A stretch of 64,000 nucleotides of DNA from an uncultured Gammaproteobacteria bacterium (lineage in GTDB: Bacteria > Patescibacteriota > Patescibacteriia > Buchananbacterales > UBA6539), in contig CAZHUO010000002.1 in NCBI GenBank assembly GCA_964535715.1, positions 16,916 to 80,915 of the forward strand, written 5' to 3'. How positions within the stretch are numbered: position 1 is the stretch's first letter; each line of letters starts with the position of its first letter. The notes under the pieces were generated by a model. It saw nothing but the letters and a program-made list of their open reading frames with translations. It was not told the DNA's origin and did no database searches. A program made the position numbers and the translations under genes. This document shows, in pieces, positions 44,136 to 54,323 of the stretch.

Positions 44136-45573
44136 GATATTATTAATAAATCCGGCTTTTAATATTGCCAAAGACAACTACGACAGTTCGATTTCAGTCG
44201 GATTATTAAGTATTGCCACATACTTAGATAGTCAAGGAGTAGGGGTGGAAATAGTTGATGGAGCAAGACAAAATAATTATTTGGATTTAATCAAAGCTAA
44301 AGCCTCAGGTTATAATTTTTTCGGCTTGTCGGTAATGACCACTCAAATCCCTGGTGCTTTAAAAATAAGCCAATTAATAAAAGATTTAAATCCAAACTGT
44401 AAAATTATTTGGGGTGGAACCCATCCAACCTTTTTTCCAAAAGAAACAATCGCACATCCTTTAGTTGATATTGTTTGTATTGGCGAAGGGGAATCTACCG
44501 TTTTGGATATAGCTAGCGGTAAAAGTTTAGAAGGAATTGACGGCATTGTCTATAAAAGGAATGATGAAATTATTACTAATCATCCGCGCAAATTGCACAA
44601 TCCCGCCGATATGCCTATTTTTAAATGGAGCCTGATACCGGAAGTGATTTTAAAAAAGTTGGAATTAGTTCCGTCTTTGACTTCGCGTGGTTGTCCGCAC
44701 CGTTGCACTTTTTGTATAAATGCTATTTTGAAAAATAAGTGGCGTGGTCGTACTGTTGATCAAGTTTTGAGTGATTTGGAAACTATAAAAAATAATATAT
44801 ATTTTAAGGGGAAAAATGTAAGATTTTGGGATGAAAATTTTTTTGTTGATATTAATAGATCTAAAGAAATTATCAACGGTATGATTGAAAGAAGTTTAGA
44901 AATACCGTGGGAAACAACAATCAGGGTTGATTATATTAAGGATGGGCAAGTTGATGATAATTTTTTGGCGAAAATTAAAAAGTCCGGCTGTTATCTTCTT
45001 TCTTTCGGAGCGGAATCGGGGTCATCGGAAATTTTAGCCAAGATAAAAAAGGATATTACTGCTGAAGAAATTTTGAATTCGGCAAGAATGTGTTTAAAAC
45101 ATAATATTATTCCTCAATATTCTTTTATGATCGGGTTGCCGGGTGAAAGCAAAAAGGATATGAAGATGACCCTGAAGGTTATTGATCGACTAGTTAAACT
45201 AAGCGATAAAGTTCAAATTCTTGGTCCTCAGGCTTTTAGGCCATATCCGGGATCCACTTTGTATGAAGAATGTATTACTGCTGGCTGGCAGGCTCCTAAA
45301 ACTTTGGAGGATTGGTCTCATTTGATAGAAAATGAATTAAGTTATCTAACTGTTCAAAATTTTCCCTGGGTTAAATATAAAAATTTTGTTGAATCAATGG
45401 AAGCCTATGTCCGTTTTGGCGCCCATAACATTAAAAGTGCAATGGGTTCAACTGTTAAGGCTAAAAAGCTGGTAAAATTAATTTTTGTTTTAATTTGTAA
45501 ATTAAGATGGAAGTTGAAATTTTTTGCCTGGCCAATAGAATTTAAATTAGCTAAAAGGTTTGTTACCAAGTAA
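44128..45573 (+). CDS. B12-binding domain radical SAM protein (class B rSAM)
   Basis: An N-terminal B12-binding-like Rossmann region followed by SRGCPHRCTFC (Cx3Cx2C). Confidence 0.8.
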   Translation: MNKILLINPAFNIAKDNYDSSISVGLLSIATYLDSQGVGVEIVDGARQNNYLDLIKAKASGYNFFGLSVMTTQIPGALKISQLIKDLNPNCKIIWGGTHPTFFPKETIAHPLVDIVCIGEGESTVLDIASGKSLEGIDGIVYKRNDEIITNHPRKLHNPADMPIFKWSLIPEVILKKLELVPSLTSRGCPHRCTFCINAILKNKWRGRTVDQVLSDLETIKNNIYFKGKNVRFWDENFFVDINRSKEIINGMIERSLEIPWETTIRVDYIKDGQVDDNFLAKIKKSGCYLLSFGAESGSSEILAKIKKDITAEEILNSARMCLKHNIIPQYSFMIGLPGESKKDMKMTLKVIDRLVKLSDKVQILGPQAFRPYPGSTLYEECITAGWQAPKTLEDWSHLIENELSYLTVQNFPWVKYKNFVESMEAYVRFGAHNIKSAMGSTVKAKKLVKLIFVLICKLRWKLKFFAWPIEFKLAKRFVTK

Positions 45574-45576
45574 AAT

Positions 45577-46686
45577 ATGAGAGTTTTAATGATCTCAATT
45601 GATAAAGGACTGCTTGGTCAAGGTCAACTTGGAGATGTAGTTGAGCGTCATATTGAATATGGAAAACAAGTTGAGAGGTTAGATATTATTGTTTTTTCTC
45701 ATAAAGGTTATAGAAATTATAAAATTTCTGAAAAAGTTACTTCTTATCCGACCAATTCAGCAAGTAAGTTTAGATATTTTTCTGATGCTTTAAAAATTGG
45801 AAAATGCTTATTTAAGGATAAACGGTATGACTTAATTGTCACTCAAGAGCCATTTTTAGCAGGTTTAGTTGGTGTTATTTTAAAAAAGAAATTTGGCAGT
45901 AAGTTATTGGTTCATTTTCACGGAGATTTTTGGAAAAATAAAAATTGGTTGAAAGAACATTGGGTTAACTATATATTTTTATTAATTTCAAAATTTGTCG
46001 TGCCAAAAGTCGATGGCATTAGAGTTATGAGTCAAGGACAAAAAGATAAATTAGTTAAAGTGGGAATTGATAAAAATAAAATCAGAGTAATTTCTACGCC
46101 GGTTGATTTGCAAAAATATTTAAATCAAGAATTAAGAATTAAGAGTCAAGAATCAAGAATAGTTTTACATGTTGGTAGGAACGATAAGGTTAAGGACTAT
46201 TCAACTTTAATTAAAGCATTTAAAATAGTCAGCCAAAAATTGCCAAATGCAAAATTTATTCAGGTCGGTGCGGACTCAGAAATTAAGAAAGCAATTGAAG
46301 ATTTTGGACCCATTGAAGTAGATATTTTAGGAAAAGTCAGTTCTGAAAATTTGATTAATATCTATAATCAATCTGACGTCGTTGTTTTAAGTTCAACTTC
46401 TGAAAGTTTTGGCAAGGTCCTAGTTGAAGCCAATGCCTGCGGCAAGCCGGTAGTTTCTACGGCTACGACAGGTGCTAAAGAAATAATCCAAGACGGTTAT
46501 AATGGCTATTTAGTATCGATCGGTGATGCTGAGGACTTGGCTGAGAAAATTTTATATCTTTTAAATAATCCAGAAGATGCCAAAGAGATGGGGAAAAAGG
46601 GCCGTAAACTGGTCAAAGAAAAATTTGGCAACAATATGGAAAGGATAATTAATTTTTGGCAAGAATTAACTTATGGCAAAAAGTAA
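45577..46686 (+). CDS. glycosyltransferase family 4
   Basis: ESFGKVLVEANACGKPVVSTATTGAKEII. Confidence 0.8.
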   Translation: MRVLMISIDKGLLGQGQLGDVVERHIEYGKQVERLDIIVFSHKGYRNYKISEKVTSYPTNSASKFRYFSDALKIGKCLFKDKRYDLIVTQEPFLAGLVGVILKKKFGSKLLVHFHGDFWKNKNWLKEHWVNYIFLLISKFVVPKVDGIRVMSQGQKDKLVKVGIDKNKIRVISTPVDLQKYLNQELRIKSQESRIVLHVGRNDKVKDYSTLIKAFKIVSQKLPNAKFIQVGADSEIKKAIEDFGPIEVDILGKVSSENLINIYNQSDVVVLSSTSESFGKVLVEANACGKPVVSTATTGAKEIIQDGYNGYLVSIGDAEDLAEKILYLLNNPEDAKEMGKKGRKLVKEKFGNNMERIINFWQELTYGKK

Positions 46687-47284
46687 ATTGTTTGAAGAAA
46701 AAATAATAAAAATTTTTACTGAAAAAAATAAAATTATTGATATTGGCGGGGGATTAAGAATTAATTCCGAAAAGAATAATCGTTTTGATGAAAATAACAA
46801 ATGGTTAAAGCCTTATTTGGAAAAGGTGAATTACTTGATTTTAGACAAAGTTTCAAGCTATAACCCCGATATTGTTGGCGATATTCACCAGCTCCCTTTG
46901 GCGGATAATTCCGTTGATGCGATTATTTGCATTGCGGTTTTGGAACATGTAGAAAATCCAATTAAGGCTTGTGAAGAAATTTATCGTGTTTTAAAACCCG
47001 GCGGCTATGTTTTTATTTATGTACCGTTTCTTTATTATTATCATCCAATGGAAGGGTATTATCAAGATTTTTATCGTTTTACAATCGATGGTGTAAAATA
47101 TCTGTTGCGCAATTTTAGAAATCTGGAAATAGAAAAAGTCAGAGGACCGCTAGAAACATTAAATAATTTATTGCCGGGAAAGATTTCTCGCCGAACTGCT
47201 TTTATCGCCAGATTTTTTGACCGGTTTATAAAGCGGCCAAGAAACAATGTTGTTAGCGGATTTTATATATTTTGTGTTAAATAG
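46673..47284 (+). CDS. class I SAM-dependent methyltransferase (Methyltransf_11-like)
   Basis: IIDIGGG motif and VLEHVENPIKACEEIYRVLKPGGYVFI. Confidence 0.7.
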   Translation: MAKSKLFEEKIIKIFTEKNKIIDIGGGLRINSEKNNRFDENNKWLKPYLEKVNYLILDKVSSYNPDIVGDIHQLPLADNSVDAIICIAVLEHVENPIKACEEIYRVLKPGGYVFIYVPFLYYYHPMEGYYQDFYRFTIDGVKYLLRNFRNLEIEKVRGPLETLNNLLPGKISRRTAFIARFFDRFIKRPRNNVVSGFYIFCVK

Positions 47285-48322
47285 ATGAAATTATTAATGA
47301 TAACCAGAAAAGTTGACAGAAACGAGCATTTAGCCGGGTTCATTTATAATTGGGTTAAAAAAATTGGAGAGCAAGTTGAAGAGCTTAGAGTCATTAGCTG
47401 GCAGGAAGGGGACAGCTCTGGCTTGCTGGAAAATATCAAAGTTTGGCATTTGCCGACTAATGGCAATAAGCTTATAAAGATCATAAAATTTAAATTATTA
47501 GTTTGGAAAAATCTAAATGGTGTTGACGGAATTTTTTGTCATCAAATGCCAATTTATACTATCATCGCCGGATCTTTGGCCCGTTTACGTGGCAAAAAGG
47601 TGGTGAGCTGGTACATGCATCGTCAGATTGACCTTAAGGTAAGGCTGATGGAAAAAATCGCTAATGTAATTTTGTCTGCTTCAAAGGAAAGTTTTAGGCT
47701 CCCCTCTAAAAAATTGGTCACTACTGGCCACGGGATTGATACAAAGCTTTTTAAGCCGGCTGAAAAAATGCCAGAAAATATTTTTAAAATAATCAGTATT
47801 GGACGGATTTCGCCAACCAAAGATTATGAATCAATGATTAAGGCAGTTGATATTTTAGCCGAGCAGGGGATTGATAATATAAAATTAACTATCATCGGCG
47901 ATGCCGGATTGTCTGATCAAAAATCTTATTTTGAAAATTTAAAACAGATGACAGAAAAAATGAATTTGTCCGAAAAAGTTGAGTTTTTAGGGCCAAAACC
48001 CAATCATGAAATTCCCCTTTATTTACAACAGTCGGATTTGTTTATTAATATGAGCAAAACAGGAAGTATTGACAAGGCGGTTTTGGAAGCAATGAGCTGC
48101 GGTTGTTTGGTTTTAACTGCTAATGAATCTTTTCTTGAAATTTTACCACCCGAGATGCAGACTGAAAGGGATAATCCGCAGAAGTTGGCAGAAAAGACCA
48201 AGCGGCTGATAAATTTATCGCCGGAAAAAACCAGACAGTTTTATCAGCAGCTAAGGCAAGAAGTTGTCAATAATCATAATCTGGATAATTTAGTAAAAAA
48301 AATTATTAATCAGTTTTCCTAA
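47285..48322 (+). CDS. glycosyltransferase family 4
   Basis: DKAVLEAMSCGCLVLTANESF in the C-terminal GT-B half. Confidence 0.7.
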   Translation: MKLLMITRKVDRNEHLAGFIYNWVKKIGEQVEELRVISWQEGDSSGLLENIKVWHLPTNGNKLIKIIKFKLLVWKNLNGVDGIFCHQMPIYTIIAGSLARLRGKKVVSWYMHRQIDLKVRLMEKIANVILSASKESFRLPSKKLVTTGHGIDTKLFKPAEKMPENIFKIISIGRISPTKDYESMIKAVDILAEQGIDNIKLTIIGDAGLSDQKSYFENLKQMTEKMNLSEKVEFLGPKPNHEIPLYLQQSDLFINMSKTGSIDKAVLEAMSCGCLVLTANESFLEILPPEMQTERDNPQKLAEKTKRLINLSPEKTRQFYQQLRQEVVNNHNLDNLVKKIINQFS

Positions 48323-48326
48323 AATA

Positions 48327-49238
48327 ATGAATTTAAAAAATATTAAATTGCAATTTTTTTATCTTCGCAAGTCTTTTTTTCAATATAAAAAAGGTTTTGA
48401 ATATGTTTATTATAAACATATTTTAGCTCCAAAAATTTTAAAAATTAATAAAGTTTTAGAAAAGCCAATTAACAATAATGATTTGTCAATTCATATTTTG
48501 ACTTGCCATAAGGATTTAGTAATAACGGTCTGGTCACTGGCAAGTTTTTACAACAATATTGAGTTATCTGGTCAACTATTCATTCATAATGATGGAAGCT
48601 TAAACTCAGCAGATCAAGATATATTGAAAAAATTTTTTCCAAACTCAAAAATAATCAACCCGAATTACTTATTTGAAAAGTATAGTGATAAATTGGATGC
48701 CTATCCGATGATAAAAAAATTTAGGTTGGAATTTAATGGCTATTTTTTGCTAAAAAAATTGATTGATCCCTATTTTATTTCTGACAAAAAAATTCGATTG
48801 GTTATTGATTCAGATTTGTTATGGTTTTTTCCGCCGACGGAAATTATCGACGCCATTAATGGAAATGGAATAGGAAGTCGGTCATTAATGATGAAAAACA
48901 ATAGAAGTTGTTATATCTATTTTAATGACGGCAAGTTAAACGATGATTTAGCTTCTTTTAATTCCGGAATTGTTCTATATAGCAAGGCTGATTTTAATTT
49001 AGATAAATTATCAGATTATTTAAGTAAGATTGATATTGAAAATAAGGAAAATGCCCATTTTATTGAACAGGCTGGTTATGCCTATTGTCTAAATAATCTA
49101 ATTTCGTTGCCTGAAAATTTATATACTATAAAAGATAAAGTTGAAGGTAATACAGTGGTTAAGCATTATACCAGTCCGCGTCGTCCGTTATTTTTTATTG
49201 AGGGTTTGAAAAATTTAAAAAATAAATTATTAAAGTAA
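48327..49238 (+). CDS. hypothetical protein in the glycan locus (possible GT-A-like transferase)
   Basis: DSD and HNDGS motifs only. No firm family. Confidence 0.45.
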   Translation: MNLKNIKLQFFYLRKSFFQYKKGFEYVYYKHILAPKILKINKVLEKPINNNDLSIHILTCHKDLVITVWSLASFYNNIELSGQLFIHNDGSLNSADQDILKKFFPNSKIINPNYLFEKYSDKLDAYPMIKKFRLEFNGYFLLKKLIDPYFISDKKIRLVIDSDLLWFFPPTEIIDAINGNGIGSRSLMMKNNRSCYIYFNDGKLNDDLASFNSGIVLYSKADFNLDKLSDYLSKIDIENKENAHFIEQAGYAYCLNNLISLPENLYTIKDKVEGNTVVKHYTSPRRPLFFIEGLKNLKNKLLK

Positions 49239-51083
49239 ATGTGTGGTATAAATGGTTTTAATTGGCAAGACGAAGGATTGATAAAAAAAATGAATCAGCG
49301 AATTAGTCATCGTGGTTTTGATGATAGTGGATTTTTTCTTACTCAAAATGTTTCTCTTGGCCACCAGCGACTATCAATTCTTGATTTGTCAGAAAAAGGC
49401 CACCAGCCGATGAGTTTCAAAAATTTGACCATTATTTATAATGGTGAACTTTATAATTATCAGGAGATTAGAGATGAATTAAAAAAAAGCGGTCATCAAT
49501 TTGAATCTGATACGGACACGGAGGTAATTTTAAAAAGTTACTATGCCTGGGGAACTAAATGTTTAGATAAATTTAATGGGATTTTTGTTTTAGCAATTTT
49601 GGATCAGAAAAAACAGGAGTTATTCTTAGCGCGCGATCAAATTGGAGTTAAGCCTTTATTTTATTATTTAAAGGATAAAACATTTATCTTTTCTTCAGAA
49701 ATTAAGGCAATCTTAGAACATAAGATTGATAAGACTATCTTACCGGAACGAATAAGTTTTGTTTACAAAATGTCTTGCCTGCCCGGGGAATTGACCATGT
49801 TTAAATACATTCATCAATTACCGGCTGCCCATTATGTTGTTTTTAAAAATAATTTTTTGGTTAAAAAATGTTATTGGCAATTGACCGATTTTACGGATAT
49901 AAATAATAAAGATGAAATAGCAACAAAAATAAGGGAAATTTTGAACGATTCAGTAAAAAAGCAAATGATTAGCGATGTGCCATTGGGAGTTTTTTTGTCT
50001 GGTGGTATTGATTCTAGCGTGATAACGATGTTGGCAAGTCGGCATTCCCATCAGCCGGTTAAAACTTTTTCCGTTGGTTTTGATGTCGAGCAAGAATCAG
50101 AGAAGTTCAATGCCGATTTTTATTTAGCGCGCCAGACTGCTCAATATTTTAAAACTGATCATCAAGAATTATTTTTAAAAAAAGGACAAGCTCTCCAATA
50201 TATGGATTTTTTGGCTGATAATTTGGAAATGCCTAACAACATGACGACTTCTATTCCGAGTTTTTGGTTATCAAAATGGGCTAAAAAACAGGTTAGTGTA
50301 GTTTTAGGCGGAGATGGCGGAGATGAACTTTTTGGCGGTTATCAGCGCTATCAGCTTAGCCTAATTATTTCCAATTGGTTAAGAATTCCTTCGTTATTAC
50401 GCAAGGTGGCACCTTACAAATTAATTGAGGTGATTGCAAAAAAGAGAGATTTGATCTCTCGGCTTAGAACTGAGGATGAACTTAAACGCTATCTTAGCTT
50501 TAAGTGCCACCGAGATGAAGATGCACCAGCTATTTTTAAAGAAATTTATAAGCCCGAATTGGTTGATGAATATTTAGCTGAAAATTTTTTTAGGAAGCCT
50601 TTGCCGACTAAAGATTTTGAAAAATATTTTATGCTTGTAGATTTACAAACTTGGCTTGTTGATCATTCATTAATTAGATCAGACAAGGTGACAATGAACT
50701 TTGCCTTAGAAGAACGTGTTCCAATGCTTGATCGTAGATTAGTTGAGCTTTCTGTAAAAATTCCAACAAAATATAAACTAGATTCAAGAAATACAAAAAA
50801 GATTTTCAAAGAAACTTTTAAAAATGATTTGCCAGAATTTTTGTTTAATCAGCCAAAGCGTGGCTGGCTTGCGCCGGCGGCAAAATGGTTAAGATTTGAA
50901 ATGAAAGAATTTGCTTATGATGTTTTATCTGATAATTTTGTTCCGGAATCAAAAAATTATTTTGATTTAAAATTAGCTAGAGATTTGCTAGATAAACACA
51001 TAAAAGGCGAACGGTATAATCTTCATTTGCTTTGGATATTAATAACTTGGCAGCTTTGGTATAAAAAAAATATTTTGAGATAA
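49239..51083 (+). CDS. asnB: asparagine synthase (glutamine-hydrolysing) family amidotransferase
   Basis: N-terminal MCGI Cys2 nucleophile and SGGIDSS PP-loop. Confidence 0.85.
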   Translation: MCGINGFNWQDEGLIKKMNQRISHRGFDDSGFFLTQNVSLGHQRLSILDLSEKGHQPMSFKNLTIIYNGELYNYQEIRDELKKSGHQFESDTDTEVILKSYYAWGTKCLDKFNGIFVLAILDQKKQELFLARDQIGVKPLFYYLKDKTFIFSSEIKAILEHKIDKTILPERISFVYKMSCLPGELTMFKYIHQLPAAHYVVFKNNFLVKKCYWQLTDFTDINNKDEIATKIREILNDSVKKQMISDVPLGVFLSGGIDSSVITMLASRHSHQPVKTFSVGFDVEQESEKFNADFYLARQTAQYFKTDHQELFLKKGQALQYMDFLADNLEMPNNMTTSIPSFWLSKWAKKQVSVVLGGDGGDELFGGYQRYQLSLIISNWLRIPSLLRKVAPYKLIEVIAKKRDLISRLRTEDELKRYLSFKCHRDEDAPAIFKEIYKPELVDEYLAENFFRKPLPTKDFEKYFMLVDLQTWLVDHSLIRSDKVTMNFALEERVPMLDRRLVELSVKIPTKYKLDSRNTKKIFKETFKNDLPEFLFNQPKRGWLAPAAKWLRFEMKEFAYDVLSDNFVPESKNYFDLKLARDLLDKHIKGERYNLHLLWILITWQLWYKKNILR

Positions 51084-51086
51084 TTT

Positions 51087-51710
51087 ATGTCCGATTCTAA
51101 CATTTTAAACCCGGATGAATATTTAGGAAGATCCTATCTTAATAAAGAAAGATGGGTTAGTTATTCATTGCAGATAAAACTTATCAGCGAGTTTGTTGCT
51201 AAAGGGGAGATTTTAGAAATAGGAGTCGGAAATAAAATTGTAGCTGATTTTTTAAGTAAAAAATATAAGCTAACTACAGTTGATATTAATCCCGACTTAA
51301 AGCCTGATATTATAGCCTCAGTAAATAATTTAATCAGCTTGGTTGATCGTAAATTTGATGCCTCGCTTTGTTTTGAAGTTTTGGAACACTTGCCTTATAG
51401 TGAATTTAAAAATTGCTTGTCAGAGTTAAGACGTGTCAGCCGAAGCTATGTTTTATTGTCTTTGCCGTACTGGGGATATACTTTCGGCTTTAAGATAAAA
51501 ATTCCTGTTTTGGGCGAATGGGTTTTTAAATTTAAAGTTACTTCTTTAAAAAAACATCAGTTCAACGGCCAGCATTACTGGGAGCTAGGAAAGAAAGGTT
51601 ACCAGCTTAGGAGAATAAAAAAAGATATCATTGATTCTGATTTTAAAATAGTTAAATCATTTTGGGATTTGGATGATCCTTATCATTATTATTTTGTATT
51701 AATGAAATAA
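51087..51710 (+). CDS. class I SAM-dependent methyltransferase
   Basis: ILEIGVGN motif I and FEVLEHLP region. Confidence 0.65.
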   Translation: MSDSNILNPDEYLGRSYLNKERWVSYSLQIKLISEFVAKGEILEIGVGNKIVADFLSKKYKLTTVDINPDLKPDIIASVNNLISLVDRKFDASLCFEVLEHLPYSEFKNCLSELRRVSRSYVLLSLPYWGYTFGFKIKIPVLGEWVFKFKVTSLKKHQFNGQHYWELGKKGYQLRRIKKDIIDSDFKIVKSFWDLDDPYHYYFVLMK

Positions 51711-51713
51711 AAT

Positions 51714-52889
51714 ATGAAAATTTTATATATTGCTAACGCCCGAATACCGACAGAAAAAGCGCATGGTTATCAGATTATGAAAATGTGTGAATCATTTTCT
51801 AAAATTGGTTTTAAGCTTGAACTGATATTGCCAACCAGAAGGAATAAAGAATTAAGCGGCATAATACTGTTTGATTATTATAGAGTGAAGAATATTTTTA
51901 AAATAACTAAAATTTTTTGTCCTGATCCGTATTTTTTACTTAAATTTCCAAAAGGTGTATTCATTAAATTTCAAACTTTATTTTTTGGCATTAGCTTATT
52001 TTTTTATTTACTTTTGAAAAAAAATAAAAAAGGATATATTTTTTACACCCGTGATGAGCATTTATTACCAATTTTATTTTTATTTTCAAAAAAGGTTGTG
52101 TGGGAGAGTCATAATTTGCCCAGTCATAAATTAAAATATTCAGCCATTTGGAAAAAATGTTTTAGAATTATTGCCATAACACAAGGTTTAAAGGATGATT
52201 TAATTAAATTAGGTATTGGTTCAAAAAAGATTTTAGTTGCGCCTGATGGCGTAGACTTGGCAGATTTTGATAATTTACCTGATAATCAAAATGAACTAAG
52301 ATTGGAATTAAAGCTTCCGTTGGATAAAAAAATAATTCTTTACTCAGGGCATTTGTATGATTGGAAAGGTGCCCTTATTTTTGCTGAATCTGCCAAATTT
52401 TTTTCGGAAAATAGTTTAGCTGTTTTTCTTGGAGGTACAGATGATGATATAAAAAGCTTCAAGACAAAGTATGGAAATTATGGCAATATTTTAATTTTAG
52501 GAAGAGTGGAAAAAAGTCAGGTTGCAAAATATTTAAAAGCAGCGGATATATTGGTTTTGCCTAACTCCGCAAAACTGGAAATCTCAGCCAGATATACCTC
52601 TCCGCTAAAACTTTTTGAATATATGGCATCAGGCAAGCCTATTGTGTCCAGTAATCTCCCGGCCATTAGAGAGATATTGAGTGAAAACAGCGCTTTATTG
52701 GTTGAGCCGGATAGCGCCAAAGACTTGGCTGATGGTATTTTTAAATTGCTTAGTGATGATATTATTTCTCATCATTTGTCAAAACAAGCTTTACTTGGCG
52801 TTCAAAAGTATTCTTGGGAAAAAAGAGCTGACAATATTTTAGACTTCATTAAAGATGGTAATTTGGCAAAAAATCAAGAAAAATTGTAA
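51714..52889 (+). CDS. glycosyltransferase family 4
   Basis: GT-B layout with a C-terminal E-x7-E region (FEYMASGKPIVSSNLPAIRE). Confidence 0.7.
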   Translation: MKILYIANARIPTEKAHGYQIMKMCESFSKIGFKLELILPTRRNKELSGIILFDYYRVKNIFKITKIFCPDPYFLLKFPKGVFIKFQTLFFGISLFFYLLLKKNKKGYIFYTRDEHLLPILFLFSKKVVWESHNLPSHKLKYSAIWKKCFRIIAITQGLKDDLIKLGIGSKKILVAPDGVDLADFDNLPDNQNELRLELKLPLDKKIILYSGHLYDWKGALIFAESAKFFSENSLAVFLGGTDDDIKSFKTKYGNYGNILILGRVEKSQVAKYLKAADILVLPNSAKLEISARYTSPLKLFEYMASGKPIVSSNLPAIREILSENSALLVEPDSAKDLADGIFKLLSDDIISHHLSKQALLGVQKYSWEKRADNILDFIKDGNLAKNQEKL

Positions 52890-52982
52890 TTTAGCAAATT
52901 AGCCCAATGGCTAAATATTAATTTGTCAGCAGTGGTTTTTTTTGATATAATTAGTATAATTTATTTTTTATTTATTTGAAAA

Positions 52983-53720
52983 ATGCCAGAAAATATTACA
53001 GTCAATAAGTTTTCGATTTCAGTTTTTTTTCCCTGTTATAATGATAAGGGGACTATTGCCACTTTGGTAATAGAAGCAAAAGCGGTATTAGAAAAAATTA
53101 CTGATGATTATGAAATAATCGTTATTGATGACGGCTCAACCGATGGCAGCCGTGATTTGCTTTTGGAATTAAAGGCAAGTGTTCCTCAGCTGCGCATAGT
53201 TTTTCATCAACAAAACGAAGGATATGGTTGCGTATTACAGACCGGTTTTAAGACGGCAACCAAAGAATTAGTTTTTTATACCGATGGCGATGGCCAATAT
53301 GATGTTAAAGAATTGCCAAAATTATTGGAAAAAATGGCTGAAGGCATTGATATAGTTAACGGTTATAAAATTAAGCGTTCCGACCCATTACATAGGATTA
53401 TTATCGGATATACTTATCAGGAAGTGATGCGCTTGGCTTTTTGGCTGCCGATTAAAGATCCTGACTGCGATTTTCGGCTAATGCGGCGAAAAATTTTTGA
53501 TAAAGTAAGTTTGAAAAGCAAAACAGGAACTGTCTGCATCGAGCTTGTTAAAAGGATAGATCGGGCCGGGTTTAAATTTGCTGAAGTCGGAGTGAGCCAT
53601 TATTTCAGAACATATGGTAAATCTCAGTTCTTTAACTTCCCTAGGGTTTTCCGAAGCTTGGTTCAGCTTGGACTTTTATGGCTCGAATTAATGATTTTTA
53701 ATAGGAAAAATATAAAATAA
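52983..53720 (+). CDS. glycosyltransferase family 2, polyprenyl-phosphate sugar synthase-like (GtrB/ArnC/DPM1-like)
   Basis: ISVFFPCYNDKG, IIVIDDGSTDGS, YTDGDGQY (DxD). Confidence 0.85.
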   Translation: MPENITVNKFSISVFFPCYNDKGTIATLVIEAKAVLEKITDDYEIIVIDDGSTDGSRDLLLELKASVPQLRIVFHQQNEGYGCVLQTGFKTATKELVFYTDGDGQYDVKELPKLLEKMAEGIDIVNGYKIKRSDPLHRIIIGYTYQEVMRLAFWLPIKDPDCDFRLMRRKIFDKVSLKSKTGTVCIELVKRIDRAGFKFAEVGVSHYFRTYGKSQFFNFPRVFRSLVQLGLLWLELMIFNRKNIK

Positions 53721-54307
53721 TGAAAAATATGCTTAAAAAATTTTTGACAGTTCCTTGGGTTTCAATTTTTTTAAGAAGAATTGTTGAAAATAATTTTAAA
53801 AAGGAAAAAGAGTTAATAAAAAAATATTTTTCAATTATTAATGATCAGATATTGGATTTAGGTTGCGGAACCGGAGAATTCTCAGTTTTTTTTCCCCCAG
53901 AAAAATATATCGGAATTGATATTGATTTGGAAAATATCAAATATGCTTCTTCCCATTATAAAGGAAATTTTTTAGTTGCTGATGCTAAAAATATGCTTTT
54001 TCCAGACAACAGTTTTTCTAATGTTCTGGTTATCGGAGTTTTTCATCATCTATCTGACCAGGATTGCCAACTAGTCTTGGCAGAAATTAAAAGAGTTTTG
54101 AAGCCGCAAGGCAGATTATTGATTATGGAAGATACTATCGATAAAAATATGCTTTCAAAAATTATTAATTATTTTGATCAAGGGAAATACATCAGAAAAA
54201 AGGAAGAATGGAAAAGAATTTTCAGCGAATTGTGGCATATTGAAAAAGAATCTGATTTCAGAGCCGGAATTTGCTTTTACTCCGCCTATTTATTAAAAAA
54301 TAAATAA
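53720..54307 (+). CDS. class I SAM-dependent methyltransferase
   Basis: ILDLGCGTGEFS. Confidence 0.8.
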   Translation: MKNMLKKFLTVPWVSIFLRRIVENNFKKEKELIKKYFSIINDQILDLGCGTGEFSVFFPPEKYIGIDIDLENIKYASSHYKGNFLVADAKNMLFPDNSFSNVLVIGVFHHLSDQDCQLVLAEIKRVLKPQGRLLIMEDTIDKNMLSKIINYFDQGKYIRKKEEWKRIFSELWHIEKESDFRAGICFYSAYLLKNK

Positions 54308-54323
54308 ATTTTAACTTAAAATT

